Positions 7,711 to 16,246 of a stretch of DNA of 64,000 nucleotides are shown piece after piece. The notes under the pieces were generated by a model that did no database searches, was not told where the DNA came from, and saw only the letters and a list, made by a program, of their open reading frames with translations. Origin of the DNA: Comamonadaceae bacterium. Lineage in GTDB: Bacteria > Pseudomonadota > Gammaproteobacteria > Burkholderiales > Burkholderiaceae_C. The first letter of the stretch is position 1. Every line of letters begins with the position of its first letter. The stretch lies in NCBI GenBank assembly GCA_947445115.1, contig CANFCG010000002.1, positions 36,204-100,203 of the forward strand. The letters run 5' to 3'. The position numbers and the translations under genes were made by a program.

Positions 7711-9576
7711 TTACTTAATCTCATCCACCCGTAGCATCGCCGCACCAAACGCATCCGAACAATGTGGATTGGCTTTGCGTGCGGCGGGATTGCTGCATGC
7801 CGCAGTTGATCCTGCTTCAGAGTTGGTCAAGAGCGCCCCCAGCTCGGCGCGGCCATCGGCGTTATTCAGTGATGCGGTGAAGGGCCCCGCTTTGTTTTTA
7901 GCCAGAGCGGTTAAATCGCGCGGACCAGCGCTGACGATGACGAGTAGCTGATCGGTGCCAGCAGGGCCTTGGGCGCGCACCTTCCAATTGGCTCTTGGCA
8001 GTGCTAGCGTTTGGCCTGCTTCGATGCGATTATTTTTATCTAAATCGTTGGGAAATAAAACGTAGAGCGATTCGTTGTCTGAACCCGCTAGCGCCACATA
8101 CACGTAGCCCGCCTTATCGGATTTAACGCTGAAATCTAAGGTGTCTTGGCCAATTTTTAGTTGTGTTTTATTAGTGGTGAGGGTGACGTTGCGCTTGCCG
8201 TCGCGCTGCTCAAATAAGCGCTTCAGCGCTTGTTCGCCCGTTAGTGAGGTAACCACTGCAACAGGGGCGGGTGTGGCTATAGCCGCAGGCTCAGAGGCCA
8301 CGACGGACGTGGCTTGCGGAGTCGGTGGTGTAGGCGTAGGGACAAGGGCGACAACAGGGACTGCTGGTGCAGTGGCAGCAATCGCGGCTTGGCTAAACCA
8401 AGCGGGTACAAAATCGGCGTTGCCTGTGAGCGAGATGTTGTGCGCTTTGTATAGCGGATCGCCAGCCATGCGGTCGTTGATCTTGGTTTGTGCACACTGT
8501 TTAATCTCCTCGATGCTGATGGAGCCCGATTTGTCCAAGTCCTTTGCGTCTCGCAGCATGCAGTCGCGCATGAACTCGGTGGCTAAACCACCTTTTTGCT
8601 CATCGTCAAAGCTGACTTCATCATTGCGCGAGCTAGAGATATGCACGATGTCTTGTGGCAGCGCCTTTTGCTCCACGGCTTCCACCATCAGGTTGCGGGT
8701 TTTAATATTGACGGGCTTGCTGCATTCTTCGCTAATGGCGGCAAATTTAGGGCGGATAGCGCCTTCGTCGTTTTTGTTGAAGATGCCGCGTGTGCGCACT
8801 GTCGAGGCATTACTAATGATGCCGCCCGAGTGGCACGCGTCGTACATCACAAACAGCTTATCGGTTTTGTTGGTAATGGGCGCAAGCAAAGTCGCCATTT
8901 CCTTATTGGGAATGGTTGCGTTGGTGGTTCCTTCGTAGGCCAACAGCGCCTCAACACAGCCGCCAGCGGCTTTGTCCATATAGCGCGTGCCGTGGCCAGA
9001 GTAGTGAATAAACACACGATCGCCATCTAGCACTCGCTCATTTAAAGCCGCCAGCGCAGCCCTGATGCCATCCGCCGTGGCTTGATCGTCTTGTAAGTAG
9101 GTGATGTTGCTGGCGGGCACCTGCATCGCCTGTGCCATTTGCGTGGCGGACTCGCGGTCAATATGCGCACCCGGCAATTGCGGGATAGAGGGTTCGCCGT
9201 ATTTGCCAATGCCAATGATGAGTGCGTGGCGATTGCTACGCGAGCCCAGGCTACGCACGCCCAAGGTCAAAGCGGTATTGCCTTTGGCCTCACGCCCTGC
9301 GGACAGGCCAGATGCTGCGGACGCTCCGGCACTCAAAGCCAGACTGCTAGCGCGAACCCAGCCAGATTTACCGCCAGCTTGCACCTGCGCCCAGCCGCCT
9401 TCAAGACTCAGCACTTGCACGGCAGAGCCGACGGCAAGCTGCGAGACAACGCTGCTACCAGCGAGTTTATCGGTGCGCATTTCGGCGGCACGGGTGAGGG
9501 TAGAGCTTTGCGCTAAGGCGTAACTGGCAAGGGTTGCAGCCAAGATGGCAGCGAGAATTTTGTAGCTTGATTTCAT
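7711..9576 (-). CDS. Exported SH3b-like / caspase-fold (C14) / DUF4384-like three-domain protein
   Basis: Signal peptide ...ASYALAQ. SH3b-like segment GSAVQVLSLEGGWAQVQAGGKSGWVRASSL. Dyad IHYSGHGT and VMYDACHSGG. EF-hand-like loop DLDKSGSISIEE. Pro/Thr/Ala linker. The C-terminal segment (GQDTLDFSVKSDKAGYVYVALAG...LFPN...AGQTLALP) resembles DUF4384. Confidence 0.8.
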   Translation of the reverse strand: MKSSYKILAAILAATLASYALAQSSTLTRAAEMRTDKLAGSSVVSQLAVGSAVQVLSLEGGWAQVQAGGKSGWVRASSLALSAGASAASGLSAGREAKGNTALTLGVRSLGSRSNRHALIIGIGKYGEPSIPQLPGAHIDRESATQMAQAMQVPASNITYLQDDQATADGIRAALAALNERVLDGDRVFIHYSGHGTRYMDKAAGGCVEALLAYEGTTNATIPNKEMATLLAPITNKTDKLFVMYDACHSGGIISNASTVRTRGIFNKNDEGAIRPKFAAISEECSKPVNIKTRNLMVEAVEQKALPQDIVHISSSRNDEVSFDDEQKGGLATEFMRDCMLRDAKDLDKSGSISIEEIKQCAQTKINDRMAGDPLYKAHNISLTGNADFVPAWFSQAAIAATAPAVPVVALVPTPTPPTPQATSVVASEPAAIATPAPVAVVTSLTGEQALKRLFEQRDGKRNVTLTTNKTQLKIGQDTLDFSVKSDKAGYVYVALAGSDNESLYVLFPNDLDKNNRIEAGQTLALPRANWKVRAQGPAGTDQLLVIVSAGPRDLTALAKNKAGPFTASLNNADGRAELGALLTNSEAGSTAACSNPAARKANPHCSDAFGAAMLRVDEIK

Positions 9577-11201
9577 GAATAACTCCTAAAAAATGCATGG
9601 GCAACATTGGCTTTTGTGATGCTGCCCTCTAACAGTGTGTAGCTGGATGCGATGACATCGCTGGGCATGCAGCTTTGCAAATGCACCAGCTGATCGATAG
9701 GGCCTGCAACCCCGACGCGGCTGGCAAGTTCTGACCAGCGCAGCTTCGCGGGCCAGCTGCTCGTGGCGTCGCCGCCCACGATGCGGCAGTCGGGCGCGTG
9801 TGCTTCTAACCAGTCGATTAAGTGATCGAGCCCTGTGTCTGCAAATGGTTTGTCGTGTGCGCGTTGTATGGGCATCACGCCGCAAACCTTATTGGGATTG
9901 GCTTGCACGGGTGCTGCTGGTAGGCCACACCAGTGGTTGCGTCTAAAATTATTCCAAGCCCTGAGGGCGGCTAAAAACAATAAAACAGCCCCTGCCGCTA
10001 ATTGCAAATCCAAAAAAACGGGAAGGATGTTGAGCGATAAGTAGCTGATGCCTAAAAGCGCACCGGGCAACACCACCAAAGCCGCGTCGAGAGAAGCAAT
10101 GCCAAAACGGCGTACCCACAAAGCCAAGCCGACGCATAGGCCAATCGCGATCAAAGCTTGAATCCAGCGCGGCACTTCTTGCACAAAACGTGCGTTCAGC
10201 GCGTTATCCAGCACCGTTGCTAGGCTTTCAACGCCCGCTTGAAAAGAGACCAACGGCGTGGGGTGAATGTCGTGCAAGCTGGGTGCTGTCGAGCCAATCA
10301 CCACAACCTTGCCTTTGAACGAAGGTACGTCCTGCTTGGGTTTGTCACCTTCTGCTTTAGCAAACACATCAGCAAAACTCATTCGCGGATACGCGTCAGC
10401 GCTCTTGCGCCAAGCGATGAGTGTGCCCGTGTCCATGCCCTGCTTGTCTAAGTTTTGCGGAATGTTAAGCAATTGATCGCGCGCTTGCACCGACTCACTG
10501 CTAGCTGCACCGATAGCCGCACTCATGGGTGTGGACTGGATGACCGAGCCGTCTGTGAGTGTTTCAAAGTAGCGATAGCGACGCAAAACGCCATCGCTAT
10601 CAGGATAGCCATTGTTAAAGCCTAAATTGCCTGCTGCGATATTGGGCAACACAGGGACGATGACTGCCAGCGTCGCGTTGGGGCGTCCTTCCTCTGGCGC
10701 TTTGACCCACAGAGTCGGCAAATCTTTGCGCGTCAGCGCACTGTGCTTGTCATTGGTGACAGGTAGTAACCTGATGACTGAGTAGTGGCTGTGCAAGCTT
10801 CGCTTGGCGGACTCGTTAAAGGCTGCGTCTCCGCCCGGGCTTAATCGGTCGGCATCGGCAAAAGCAATGTCCCACACAATAGCCAGCGGCTCTTCGCGCT
10901 CGATAAAGTCTTGCACGCTTGCCAGCGTATCGCGTGGCCAAGGCCAGCGGCCAAACTCTTTGCTCATACGGGCGAGCGAGGCTTCGTCAATATCTACAAC
11001 GACTAGTCTGGGGTCAGGTTTTGCCGCATGAAAACGATTACGTACCATCGTGTCGTAAGTGGTTTGCGAGAGACCACTAGAGACTTTGAGATAAGTCAAA
11101 TCGAGCACAATCCAAGCGGAAAAAATAACCACCAACCCCCACGTCACAGCCCCAATGGGTAGGGCCGCGAGTGCTTTAAGGGAGGCGAGTAAGGATTTCA
11201 T
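9573..11201 (-). CDS. CHASE2-domain membrane sensor with unassigned roughly 125-aa cytoplasmic C-terminal tail
   Basis: N-terminal TM helix. Periplasmic region has CHASE2-type motifs FGRWPWPRD, DSDGVLRRY and HDIHPTPL. Three TM helices follow (residues about 345-415). The tail has no recognisable kinase, cyclase or GGDEF motifs. The stop overlaps the next gene's start (ATGA 9573-9576). Confidence 0.75.
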   Translation of the reverse strand: MKSLLASLKALAALPIGAVTWGLVVIFSAWIVLDLTYLKVSSGLSQTTYDTMVRNRFHAAKPDPRLVVVDIDEASLARMSKEFGRWPWPRDTLASVQDFIEREEPLAIVWDIAFADADRLSPGGDAAFNESAKRSLHSHYSVIRLLPVTNDKHSALTRKDLPTLWVKAPEEGRPNATLAVIVPVLPNIAAGNLGFNNGYPDSDGVLRRYRYFETLTDGSVIQSTPMSAAIGAASSESVQARDQLLNIPQNLDKQGMDTGTLIAWRKSADAYPRMSFADVFAKAEGDKPKQDVPSFKGKVVVIGSTAPSLHDIHPTPLVSFQAGVESLATVLDNALNARFVQEVPRWIQALIAIGLCVGLALWVRRFGIASLDAALVVLPGALLGISYLSLNILPVFLDLQLAAGAVLLFLAALRAWNNFRRNHWCGLPAAPVQANPNKVCGVMPIQRAHDKPFADTGLDHLIDWLEAHAPDCRIVGGDATSSWPAKLRWSELASRVGVAGPIDQLVHLQSCMPSDVIASSYTLLEGSITKANVAHAFFRSYS

Positions 11202-11252
11202 GGCTGTAAAGATATGTATATTCGTTTATAGCCCATCGCTGCCTAGGCCGAC

Positions 11253-11268
11253 TCCTATGTTTATAGGA
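11253..11268. promoter_or_regulatory. Candidate operator TCCTAT-GTTT-ATAGGA, 51 bp upstream of the CHASE2 gene start
   Basis: Perfect inverted repeat (7-bp arms CTCCTAT/ATAGGAG at 11252-11269) in the 86-bp gap after the CHAT gene. The same motif recurs at 14405 and 15506. A TATAAA -10-like hexamer lies about 23 nt downstream on the minus strand. Confidence 0.55.
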
Positions 11269-11287
11269 GGCGAGTTAATAAAAGGAG

Positions 11288-14200
11288 TTACCGCCCCCCA
11301 TCCCCCACCAACGCATAAGGCGCCCAATAAGCCGGGTGTGCCGTAGCGGGGTTTGCCATGACTGTCAGCATCGCTTGGCGCAAGCTCTCCGCCTTGGCTT
11401 CTGTAGGTTTGCTTTGGTAATTTTTGAACGTTTCGGTGGTGAGCGTCATGGCACTCTCGCTATCCACCGCCCAGTGCGTGACGAGCAAGCTTCGGCTACC
11501 CGCATAAAAGAATCCACGTGCCAAGCCAGAGAGCGCTTCCTCCGCCTTGCCATCCGCTGCTGCTGTGTTGCAGGCACTCAGCACCACCCAATCCGCATTC
11601 AGTTTGAGTGTGAGTACGTCTTCTAAAGTCAGTAACGGCGCGAGCACGTTGGCTGCATCGTCCTTGGTGCCAGCCATAGCCAGTGCGGGCTGCGTGAGGT
11701 TGGGCAGGTCCCCCGCCATGAGCCCGTGCGTAGCGAATGCCACCACACGCTGCTTGGCAAGATTCCCGTTTTTGTTTTGCGCCAGCACGCTCTCACGCGT
11801 GGCGGCGCTACCGAGAATCAGATCTTTCGCAGCGTTTGCGCCCAGCGTTTTGGCAATCGCTAAAAGTTCATCGCGCGTTTCGGGTAGCTCTGGAATGTCA
11901 GCGTACTTCAGGGCGCTTTTCGGGTCTTCTTTTTCTAAATCAACGGCGGTTGCGGCGCGTGTCAAAACGACCTTACGCACCGAGGCTAGGGCAGGCTCAG
12001 TGTGAGGGGCATTGGATGCTAGTGCGATATTGAACAACGGATCACCCCAAGCCAACATGGGCTGCTCTGCTGCTTTGTGAGGGAGCGAGCGCATGGACAG
12101 CCACGCGGCAACGCTAGGAACGTGAGTCACTGCCGCTTGCTTAATAAGCCAAGACGCATCAGAAACCGCTCGCCCTGAGTCTGTCGAAGGGTCGAAAGGC
12201 TGCGTCTCCAAAACACCAAACGGAATCTGCCCCAATGCGCCGCCCGCCGCAATGATAAGACTAGCCTTGCCCGCCAAGCCTTGCTGGACGGGGCTTAGCA
12301 GCTTGGCATAAAGCTCTTGCGCAGCAGCGTGGTCAAATGCGGGACGGCGATTGGCTGGAAGCCCTGCCACATCTAGGCTGACGCGCAGACGCTTGACGAG
12401 GCGGCTTAACTCAGCATGGCTCACAGCCGCACGGTGGAAACTGCCAGCACCGTCTTTTGAGAGCGCCCACACGTACACCGCCTCATCGGTAGGTTGCAGC
12501 ACGACCAGTGCTTCGTCATTTTTTAGCCGCGCTTGAATCTCGGTGGTGGAGGGCGGTAGCGGGCGCACCAGCTTCTCGTAATCGGGGAATGTCGCTTTGA
12601 TCTTCACTTGTACCTCTGCACGAGCCCGTTCAAGTAAGGCGATGCGCTCACGCATTTGCGCAGCAACGCTTGGCAGCGGGGAAGCCGCACCGCCTGTTTC
12701 GCCGCTCAAATAATTGCGCAGACCTTTGATCTCGTTACGCGCATCTTGGTCTTGGCGCACCAAGCCAGACAAGGCCTCGTTGGATGCAGCCGCCCTCACA
12801 GCCGCGTCGCCCAAAGCCTCTTGCACAAGGCCACCACGCAGCCAATCGGCAATGCCGAGAGCGGCTACTGCGTCGGCGCTATTGACTTGTGATGCAGCTT
12901 CTAGATAAGTCGAAAAAATCATTTCGCGCAACTCTTTGCGGATGCCGACGTTCTCCAAATAGTCCACGTTATCGGGCGACATGATGTTGCGAACAGCAGC
13001 TTGCAAAAGCGGGTAGGCCTGTGCGCGTGAGTCGGGCGTGCCCACGCGCCACAGCGCCACGCCTTGAAGCCCTGATGCTTGAGCCGTAAAAAAGTGCTGT
13101 CTTATTTGCCCGTTGCTCGCTAGACCTTGCCTGTATTGCTTTTCAAGAGATTCGGCCTCAGAAGCCAATAGCGGCAAGGCCTCCAGAGCTTTGTTGTTGT
13201 AGAGATAGACTACAGCGCGGTCGAGCGCGTAGCGAACGCGAGCTTTTAAGTCTTCGTCTATGCCCGCGCTGGCGTCTAGTTTTTGAAATTCGGCTAGCGC
13301 GTCTAGGTAGCGGTGTTGACCGATGAGGGCTTTAGCTAGATCACGGCGGATGGATGTGATGGCTAGATTAGTCTCTTCATAATTTAATTTTTGAAATCTT
13401 GTTAGCGCATCTGCCCTAAGTTGCTCAGCCTGAAAAAACTCTCTTTGCGCGTATCTGTAGTCAGCAACGCCATTGATCGCTGATGCGTGATTGCTGGGGG
13501 ACATGGTGACTTCTTCCAGCAGCCTTAAATAATCACGCATCGCTGCCTCTGCTTGGGAGTATTTTTTCGTGTCTAGTAATATATTTTGCTTGTATTGCAA
13601 AGAACGGAGTAGTTGCTGATAGGCGAAGTCTTTTTGCGCTTCACCACGAACGGTCTTCAGAAATTTGGTTGCCTGCCTAGCAAAATTGACGGCTTGTTCT
13701 GCATCTGTAACCGCTGCTGTCGCTTGTCCTTGCCTCATGTTGAGTTGGGCTTTAGTCGTCCATGAATAAGCTTGTGCGCGAGCTTTATCGCGCAGCGAAT
13801 CTTCATCCATTCTTTGTGTTGGTTGTGCAAATGCGATACTTTTTTCTGCATAAGCCAGTGCATCTGAATCTTTACCCAATAAATAAAAGGCATTGGCAAC
13901 ACTGGCTGCATAGAACGCTCTTTGCTCATCAGTGGTGGATGTGCGAAATGCCTCTTGATACCAAAAATTGGCAGTGACTATGTCCCCGCGAAATTTATAC
14001 ATAGCGCCCAAGTCATTTTTATACCGCGGCACATTGGGGAATAGTTCAGTGCCTTCTTTGTTGGCGTTAAATACGGCTATCGCATCACTCAATTTGAAAG
14101 CGGCTTGCAGTTTATTTTCTATTTGCTGCCGCAATTGATTTGTTTGAGCTCGCCTATTCGTAGGCTCTGCCAAGATTGCTCGGAGCTTTATCTCTTCTTC

Positions 14201-14347
14201 GGGAGCTAATTTTTTAAAGTTTTGCGCCAACACTGTCACTTCGCTTTGCGCTTTTGCCTCGTTGGCGCAGACGAGCCAAACGGACAGCGCAATAGCAACG
14301 GCGCAGACGAAGGCGGATAGGGCGTGGCTGATTTGCTCACGTAACAT
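11288..14347 (-). CDS. Exported (or membrane-anchored) TPR-repeat CHAT-domain protease-like protein
   Basis: Start is placed at ATG 14347 (MLREQISHALSAFVCAVAIALSVWLVCANEAKA|Q), which gives a signal peptide or signal anchor. A long helical TPR-like N-terminal region follows. The C-terminal CHAT domain has VAFATHGL (His) and DWVVLSACNTA (Cys). Confidence 0.8.
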   Translation of the reverse strand: MLREQISHALSAFVCAVAIALSVWLVCANEAKAQSEVTVLAQNFKKLAPEEEIKLRAILAEPTNRRAQTNQLRQQIENKLQAAFKLSDAIAVFNANKEGTELFPNVPRYKNDLGAMYKFRGDIVTANFWYQEAFRTSTTDEQRAFYAASVANAFYLLGKDSDALAYAEKSIAFAQPTQRMDEDSLRDKARAQAYSWTTKAQLNMRQGQATAAVTDAEQAVNFARQATKFLKTVRGEAQKDFAYQQLLRSLQYKQNILLDTKKYSQAEAAMRDYLRLLEEVTMSPSNHASAINGVADYRYAQREFFQAEQLRADALTRFQKLNYEETNLAITSIRRDLAKALIGQHRYLDALAEFQKLDASAGIDEDLKARVRYALDRAVVYLYNNKALEALPLLASEAESLEKQYRQGLASNGQIRQHFFTAQASGLQGVALWRVGTPDSRAQAYPLLQAAVRNIMSPDNVDYLENVGIRKELREMIFSTYLEAASQVNSADAVAALGIADWLRGGLVQEALGDAAVRAAASNEALSGLVRQDQDARNEIKGLRNYLSGETGGAASPLPSVAAQMRERIALLERARAEVQVKIKATFPDYEKLVRPLPPSTTEIQARLKNDEALVVLQPTDEAVYVWALSKDGAGSFHRAAVSHAELSRLVKRLRVSLDVAGLPANRRPAFDHAAAQELYAKLLSPVQQGLAGKASLIIAAGGALGQIPFGVLETQPFDPSTDSGRAVSDASWLIKQAAVTHVPSVAAWLSMRSLPHKAAEQPMLAWGDPLFNIALASNAPHTEPALASVRKVVLTRAATAVDLEKEDPKSALKYADIPELPETRDELLAIAKTLGANAAKDLILGSAATRESVLAQNKNGNLAKQRVVAFATHGLMAGDLPNLTQPALAMAGTKDDAANVLAPLLTLEDVLTLKLNADWVVLSACNTAAADGKAEEALSGLARGFFYAGSRSLLVTHWAVDSESAMTLTTETFKNYQSKPTEAKAESLRQAMLTVMANPATAHPAYWAPYALVGDGGR

Positions 14348-14404
14348 GGTGATTCTCTGTATGAATGGAATCAACATTGTTTCGCACAGCAGGTTTTTTG
14401 ACCA

Positions 14405-14420
14405 TCCTATATTCATAGGA
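14405..14420. promoter_or_regulatory. Candidate operator TCCTAT-ATTC-ATAGGA, 57 bp upstream of the TPR-CHAT gene start
   Basis: Perfect inverted repeat in the 86-bp gap between the OmpA-like stop (14434) and CHAT ATG (14347). 18 nt (CATCCTATATTCATAGGA) are identical to the copy at 15504-15521. Confidence 0.55.
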
Positions 14421-14433
14421 GGCGCACTGCCAA

Positions 14434-14976
14434 TCACTGCAAATTCACAATCTTCACGCGGCGGTTTTCTGCTGCTAGTGGATCGGTGGTGTTGGCGGGA
14501 TCGCTTGATCCTTTGCCCGCAGACGAGAGGCGTGTGCCGTCTACGCCTTTGCTGACTAAGAATTCGCGCACGCTATCAGCTCTGTGCTGCGACAGGCGCT
14601 GGTTGTAGTCTGCTTTGCCTTTAGCATCAGTGTGACCCTCAATGACAAATTTGGCCTCTAACAAGTCTTTGGATTGCATGGCTGCAGCCAAGTTTGCTAA
14701 GGATTCTTTGCTTTCAATTTTGACGCTGGCGGAGTTGAAATCGAATTGGATTTGCAGCGAGAGTGAGGCTTTTTCTGTAGCAATGACTTCTTGCGCTGTT
14801 GCCACATCGACGGTGAGATTGCGCACGCCGCTGAGGCTACGGGTGCGCGCCGCTGCGGGATAAGCGGTGCTAGCTGGCTTGGCTTTGAGCTGCTCAATCA
14901 TTTGTTCAGGCGTGGGCGTTTGCGCAAAAGCCGTTTGGCCTAGCAGAGCTAAGAAAAGTGTAGCTAGGGTTTTCAT
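14434..14976 (-). CDS. OmpA-family (peptidoglycan-binding OmpA_C-like) periplasmic protein
   Basis: Signal peptide MKTLATLFLALLGQTAFAQ. The C-terminal OmpA-like motif is IEGHTDAKGKADYNQRLSQHRADSVREFLVSKGV...RRV. ATG 14976 is preferred over the track's GTG 14985. Confidence 0.8.
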   Translation of the reverse strand: MKTLATLFLALLGQTAFAQTPTPEQMIEQLKAKPASTAYPAAARTRSLSGVRNLTVDVATAQEVIATEKASLSLQIQFDFNSASVKIESKESLANLAAAMQSKDLLEAKFVIEGHTDAKGKADYNQRLSQHRADSVREFLVSKGVDGTRLSSAGKGSSDPANTTDPLAAENRRVKIVNLQ

Positions 14977-14981
14977 AAGGG

Positions 14982-15461
14982 TCACTTCTTTCGTTCTGTA
15001 AAGATGATTTTGTCAATCAAACGCTCGCCTTTGTCGTCTATTTTTAACAGAAGCTCCGCATCGTATTGATTGGCTGATTTGTGCAGATCATGTGCATTAA
15101 TGGCTTTAGTGGCGCGGGTTGTATTCCAAATGCCACTGATTAATGAGAGCAATAGCAATGGATTTTTTGCTGCGACCGTACTCTTTGGTGGCGTAACCGT
15201 GACCTTGCCACCACCCGACTCAACCGATTGCAGCCATGTTTGGATGCGCGGCGGAATGGAGGTTGCCGTTGTGGCATTCATCACCGCCACATCAACGACG
15301 GGCAAACTGGCGGCAAGCGATGCATTGAGCGAGTGGTCAAAACCATCGAGATCAATAAACTCTAAGTGGGGCTTCGCCTCTATCGTCGAGGCTGACGGGC
15401 TGGCGCAGGCAGTAAGGAATGCGGCAAGGCTAATAGCCAATAAAGTGAATGCGTGTTTCAT
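14982..15461 (-). CDS. Hypothetical lipoprotein (first gene of the lipoprotein/OmpA-like pair)
   Basis: Lipobox AFLTAC after an N-terminal hydrophobic stretch. I recognise no family. It is tightly linked to the OmpA-like gene (stop 14982-14984, next ATG 14976). Confidence 0.6.
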   Translation of the reverse strand: MKHAFTLLAISLAAFLTACASPSASTIEAKPHLEFIDLDGFDHSLNASLAASLPVVDVAVMNATTATSIPPRIQTWLQSVESGGGKVTVTPPKSTVAAKNPLLLLSLISGIWNTTRATKAINAHDLHKSANQYDAELLLKIDDKGERLIDKIIFTERKK

Positions 15462-15505
15462 GAGTTGATTTTCACACGATTTGAATCTCTATGCTGGATG
15501 GGGCA

Positions 15506-15521
15506 TCCTATATTCATAGGA
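15506..15521. promoter_or_regulatory. Candidate operator TCCTAT-ATTC-ATAGGA in the divergent promoter region between the lipoprotein gene and the response regulator
   Basis: Perfect inverted repeat (7-bp arms ATCCTAT/ATAGGAT at 15505-15522). It lies 44 bp from the lipoprotein ATG (15461) and 83 bp from the regulator ATG (15605). Confidence 0.55.
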
Positions 15522-15560
15522 TGCGAACCACTTTGGATGCGGACACAATAGAGGACATGG

Positions 15561-15580
15561 ATTCTTGCCTTCGCGGGAAT
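15561..15580. repeat. REP-like hairpin element, degenerate copy (ATTCTTGC-CTTC-GCGGGAAT, followed by GAC)
   Basis: Matches the ATTCCCGC-N4-GCGGGAAT family seen five more times in the window. The two arm mismatches would be G-U pairs in RNA. Confidence 0.6.
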
Positions 15581-15604
15581 GACGAACTTTTTTGGAAATG
15601 ATTC

Positions 15605-16246
15605 ATGCACATTGCCTTGGTTGAAGACAATGCACAGACAAGGGCTCGGATTGCGCAGCTCTTGCATGCGTGCCTACCAATGGCGCAGGTGACGCAGTTC
15701 GATCGTCTGGCTGCGGCCAAGCAGCATGCTTTGCAAGCCAAATCGGATTACTGGTTAATTGATTTAGGTCTACCCGATGGCAGTGGTATCGAGTTGATTC
15801 GGGCGGTGCGAGCTGAGGATGCTACGGCGCACATCTTGGTGATTTCGGTATTTGGCGATGTGGATAACGTGGTTGGCAGCATTCAAGCGGGTGCGAATGG
15901 CTATTTGCTCAAAGACGCGGTGGATACGGACTTATCAGGTGCAATGGCCGCGATGGAGCTGGGGGGCACGCCGCTCTCGCCCATGATTGCGAGTCGCTTG
16001 CTGGAGACCATGATGCCCGCCAAGCCAAGTGCAGTACGGCCTACACCAGTGCCTATTTTGACGCCCAAAGAGGCGGAGCTACTTAATTTACTCTCTCGTG
16101 GTTATACCTACGCCGAGTCGGCCGAGCTGATGGCGGTGGCCATTTCGACCGTGCAAACGCATGTGCGCGGCATTTATGCCAAGCTGGCCGTAGGTTCTAA
16201 AGCCGAGGCGGTGTTTGAAGCCAAGGTACTAGGGCTCTTGGCATGA
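15605..16246 (+). CDS. NarL/LuxR-family response regulator (receiver + LuxR-type HTH)
   Basis: Receiver domain with the phospho-acceptor context WLIDLGLPDGSG. C-terminal HTH LTPKEAELLNLLSRGYTYAESAELMAVAISTVQTHVRGIYAKL. Confidence 0.88.
   Translation: MHIALVEDNAQTRARIAQLLHACLPMAQVTQFDRLAAAKQHALQAKSDYWLIDLGLPDGSGIELIRAVRAEDATAHILVISVFGDVDNVVGSIQAGANGYLLKDAVDTDLSGAMAAMELGGTPLSPMIASRLLETMMPAKPSAVRPTPVPILTPKEAELLNLLSRGYTYAESAELMAVAISTVQTHVRGIYAKLAVGSKAEAVFEAKVLGLLA

Noticed and set aside
8141-8938. A 265-aa ORF on the plus strand, antisense to the SH3b-caspase-DUF4384 gene
   Set aside because: It is a shadow ORF inside a well-supported minus-strand gene. It has Ala/Ser/Thr/Leu-rich low-complexity composition, no recognisable motifs and no ribosome-binding context.
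11288-14347. The TPR-CHAT protein as a type III-E CRISPR (Craspase/Csx29-like) component
   Set aside because: There are no cas genes, CRISPR repeats or RNA-guided effector anywhere in the window. The protein also has an N-terminal export or anchor signal, which is incompatible with a cytoplasmic CRISPR partner.
11202-14433. Both palindrome-containing gaps are exactly 86 bp, raising the idea of a duplicated promoter cassette
   Set aside because: Outside the palindrome and the few adjacent bases (CGCC), the two gaps do not align, and the palindrome-to-ATG distances differ (51 versus 57 bp). The equal length is probably coincidental.
14348-14437. A 30-codon N-terminal extension of the TPR-CHAT ORF in the track (MIGSAPPMNIGWSK...)
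   Set aside because: The extension would be translated through the conserved palindrome/promoter region and would bury the signal peptide. The internal ATG at 14347 gives a normal export signal.
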